From Myxococcaceae bacterium (GTDB lineage Bacteria; Myxococcota; Myxococcia; Myxococcales; Myxococcaceae): a stretch of 26,173 nucleotides of DNA. Of this stretch, positions 24,256 through 26,173 are shown piece after piece. Position numbers and translations under genes: made by a program. Numbering within the stretch: position 1 is the first letter of the stretch; every line of letters begins with the position of its first letter. Location of the stretch: NCBI GenBank assembly GCA_044223505.1, contig JBGALX010000012.1, positions 1 to 26,173 of the forward strand, read 5' to 3'. The notes below the pieces were generated by a model. That model was not told the origin of the DNA. It saw nothing but the letters and a program-made list of their open reading frames with translations, and made no database searches.

Positions 24256-24871
24256 AGAGGAGCGCGAACTTCATCGCGCGCTGAAAGTCGCGCACGCTCA
24301 TGCTCTCTTCGTCGATGGAGGGGTCCTCCATGCGGCGCGGCGAGTTCGCGTAGACGGTGCCCGGCGGGTCCCCGTGCACGCCCCACGGGTTGCGCAGAAA
24401 CACGCGGTCGCCCTCGACGCGCGTCACCACGACGGCGTGCAGGTCGCCGCCCTTCGGCGACGCCCACTTCATCAGCACCAGCGTCTGGCCCGACGACTTC
24501 GCCGCGGTGAGCGCCGCGCTCGCGTCTTTGCGCAGCTTGAAGTCGCCGCCGAACAGCGCCTTCAGGCCGCGGCGCATCTGGTTGCCGCCGAGCCCGCTGT
24601 GCCCGAGCGGGAGCTTCAGGCCGAACAGGCTGACGGCGCTCCGGTCGCTGCGGTTGCTGTAGACCAGCCCTTCGTTCGCGTACTCGAGCAGCGCGGACTG
24701 GAAGACCCGCTCGCTCGCGGTGCGGTCGCCCCGCCCGTCGGGAGGAATCGAGTCGGGCACGCGGCGCAAGAGCTGCCCGCTGCGCAGCTTCACCTCGCCC
24801 GTCGGGCTGAACAGGCCGCCCATCAGTCGCACGTACTCGGCCGGGTTCGACCGGCACAGCATGTACTGCAT
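24254..24871 (-). CDS. papain-like (C39-like fold) cysteine peptidase domain protein; probably 5'-truncated in this annotation, with a likely frameshifted extension to about 25013
   Basis: C-terminal KWASPKGGDLHAVVVTRVEGDRVFLRNPWG matches the His/Asn region of papain-fold peptidases. The Gln-x5-Cys pair (QSDHNTC) lies just upstream of the annotated ATG, in frame but behind an in-frame TGA. GC3 is 100% over the 28 codons between that TGA and the ATG. Confidence 0.55.
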   Translation of the reverse strand: MQYMLCRSNPAEYVRLMGGLFSPTGEVKLRSGQLLRRVPDSIPPDGRGDRTASERVFQSALLEYANEGLVYSNRSDRSAVSLFGLKLPLGHSGLGGNQMRRGLKALFGGDFKLRKDASAALTAAKSSGQTLVLMKWASPKGGDLHAVVVTRVEGDRVFLRNPWGVHGDPPGTVYANSPRRMEDPSIDEESMSVRDFQRAMKFALL

Positions 24872-25062
24872 GCTCGTCGTCGTGCAGGTGTTGTGGTCCG
24901 ACTGGTCGACCTGGCCGGGCTGGCCCGCCTCCTCGGCGACGCCGGTGATCCCGGGTCTGCGGCTTCGTCACGGGCCCGGCTCGCGTCGCGCCGCGCACCC
25001 GGCTGATCGTCATCGCGCGCAAGGTACTTTGATTACACCGTAAACCTCAAGGGCGGCGCCGC

Positions 25063-25110
25063 CTCGAGGGTGGGGGGCGGGAGGGGGGCGCCGGCCCCTC
25101 ACCCCCTCGG
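25063..25110. repeat. GC-rich imperfect palindrome CGAGGGTGGGGGGCGGGAGGGGGGCGCCGGCCCCTCACCCCCTCG sharing the GGGTGAGGGG/CCCCTCACCCC arm with the REP-like family
   Basis: Outer arms CGAGGG(G)GTGAGGGG and CCCCTCACCCCCTCG are complementary. It lies 70-120 nt upstream of the 25182 ATG, next to an AT-richer stretch (25021-25052) that could serve as the promoter of the minus-strand peptidase gene. Confidence 0.35.
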
Positions 25111-25178
25111 GTCGATGGCTCCCAACCGCCCGTTCTTACGAGCGTCCGAGCCGGGCGTAGGCCTTGCTCAACGGAGCC

Positions 25179-25263
25179 GCCATGACCCGTCTCGCCCTCA
25201 TCGCGGCCCTCTCGATGAGCTTCGCCGCGCGTGCCCAGGCGCCGCAGTGTGCCATGCCGACGA
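25179..25263. repeat. copy 2 of the duplicated 85-bp segment; here it encodes the genuine signal peptide of the 25182 gene
   Basis: ATGACCCGTCTCGCCCTCATCGCGGCCCTCTCGATGAGCTTCGCCGCGCGTGCCCAGGCGCCGCAGTGTGCCATGCCG aligns to 24174-24251 with about 10 mismatches. Confidence 0.5.
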
Positions 25264-26173
25264 CGACGCCCACGGTCGACGCGAAAGACCGCATCAGCCC
25301 CACGCGCGTGCTGCGCCGCGTGACGCTCGCGCTCACCGGCACGACGCCGAGCGCCGCGCAGTACGAGGCCCTCGTCGCTGCGCCCGACGACGCCGCGAAG
25401 GAGGCGCTGATCAACCAGGCGATCGACGACGCGCTCGCGAGCCCGAAGTTCTACGAGCGCATGCTGCACTTCGGTCACGAGTGGCTCGCCATCGGCGCGT
25501 ACAGCACGGGCGCGCAGGGCGACGCGTACCAGGGCGACATGTCGGGCCACCTCTTCACGTGCGGCGGCGGCACGACGCACGCGGGCAAGCTCTACGGCAA
25601 CTGGGAGACGAACGTCTGCGGCGACGGCGCGGCGACGGTCACGATGCACGAGCCGTGGTGGGCGCCGGGCACGATGGTCGCGGTGGTCGGCGGCGCGGGC
25701 TCGAACGTGCGGCAGGTGCCCGGGATGAACGGCACGATGAAGGACTGCGGGCTCGCCGAGGGCGGCTACTACGACCCGTCGCTCGAGGCCGGCTGCGGCT
25801 GCGGCCCGAACCTCGTGTGGTGCTCGCCGCTGCAGGGCCTGCAGGCCGGCAGCAACCACGACCTCATCACCGGCCAGCGCCGGCACCCGTACGAAGAGCC
25901 GGCGCGGCTGTTCGCGCACCTCGCGTGGCACGACCGGCCGCTGTCGGACCTCGTCACGGCGAACTACTCGGTCGGCACGAACTGGCTGCGCGCGCTCTAC
26001 GTGCGGCAGGGGCGGCAGCAGGGCAGCAGCGCGCTCGACGCGAACACGACGTGGTGGAAGGCGGGGGCCGACGCCTCGCCGCGCGACCCGCTGCACCCGA
26101 CTCCGAACGACCCGCAGGCGTGGCGCGAGTTCGTGGTCGAAGACCTGAACCCGTTCTTCCTCGCGTCGCGCAC
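25182..26173 (+). CDS. secreted protein, 5' partial in window (continues beyond 26173); unknown function, Cys- and Trp-rich
   Basis: ATG at 25182. Signal peptide MTRLALIAALSMSFAARAQA. GC3 above 90% to the end of the window. Motifs HEPWWAPG and CGCGPNLVWC. The antisense 349-aa ORF 25047..26096 is rejected. Confidence 0.7.
   Translation, partial: MTRLALIAALSMSFAARAQAPQCAMPTTTPTVDAKDRISPTRVLRRVTLALTGTTPSAAQYEALVAAPDDAAKEALINQAIDDALASPKFYERMLHFGHEWLAIGAYSTGAQGDAYQGDMSGHLFTCGGGTTHAGKLYGNWETNVCGDGAATVTMHEPWWAPGTMVAVVGGAGSNVRQVPGMNGTMKDCGLAEGGYYDPSLEAGCGCGPNLVWCSPLQGLQAGSNHDLITGQRRHPYEEPARLFAHLAWHDRPLSDLVTANYSVGTNWLRALYVRQGRQQGSSALDANTTWWKAGADASPRDPLHPTPNDPQAWREFVVEDLNPFFLASR

Noticed and set aside
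23082-25022. 646-aa minus ORF (R/G-rich) and plus ORFs 22919..23995 and 24095..25006
   Set aside because: Low-complexity artefacts. Only the first 23 codons of 23082..25022 (25022-24955) look coding, and these are reinterpreted as the frameshifted 5' end of the peptidase gene.
25047-26096. 349-aa minus ORF antisense to the 25182 gene
   Set aside because: The plus frame has over 90% GC3 and a clean signal peptide. The minus translation is R/A/V-rich nonsense.

Overview
This is a high-GC window (roughly 70% GC) with extreme GC3 codon bias. Several hallmarks point to a Myxococcales chromosome: two C-terminal MYXO-CTERM sorting tags, an ELWxxDGT-repeat protein, and D-A-G-T low-complexity linkers in secreted proteins. 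I could not check this against any database.

I support about 19 protein-coding genes and found no rRNA, tRNA, CRISPR or transposase genes.

The core of the window is a roughly 13.5 kb run of co-oriented minus-strand genes (19552 down to 6056). In transcription order it reads: DAG-linker lipoprotein, large Ig-repeat lipoprotein, VWA protein, sensor histidine kinase, PHP metallohydrolase with MYXO-CTERM, ELWxxDGT/HYR surface protein with MYXO-CTERM, OmpR-type response regulator, small lipoprotein. The two sorted cargo genes therefore sit between the kinase and its regulator. Copies of a REP-like GC-rich palindromic element (CCCCTCTCCCCTCGTAGGGGAGAGGG-N3-GGGTGAGGGG) sit at the gene junctions.

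Upstream (low coordinates) the window holds a hypothetical gene, a small secreted Cys-rich protein, a DUF2330-like secreted protein, another hypothetical, a YfcE-type metallophosphoesterase, and a divergent PrsW/CPBP-superfamily intramembrane protease.

The accessory-looking part is 20.7-25.2 kb:
- A 1.1 kb stretch with no convincing gene carries a 90-bp tandem array (about 4.4 copies, 20904-21300). It is flanked by related palindromes and a degenerate partial copy. Just upstream on the minus strand is a 60-codon Cys-rich open frame with coding-like GC3 that runs into the array without a stop.
- A papain-like peptidase gene (24254..24871) appears frameshifted at a CCCGGG run, based on GC3.
- An 85-bp segment encoding a signal peptide is duplicated (24171-24255 and 25179-25263).

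Many long ORFs in the six-frame track are high-GC artefacts and are rejected. Coordinates of non-ORF motifs are approximate (within a few bp).
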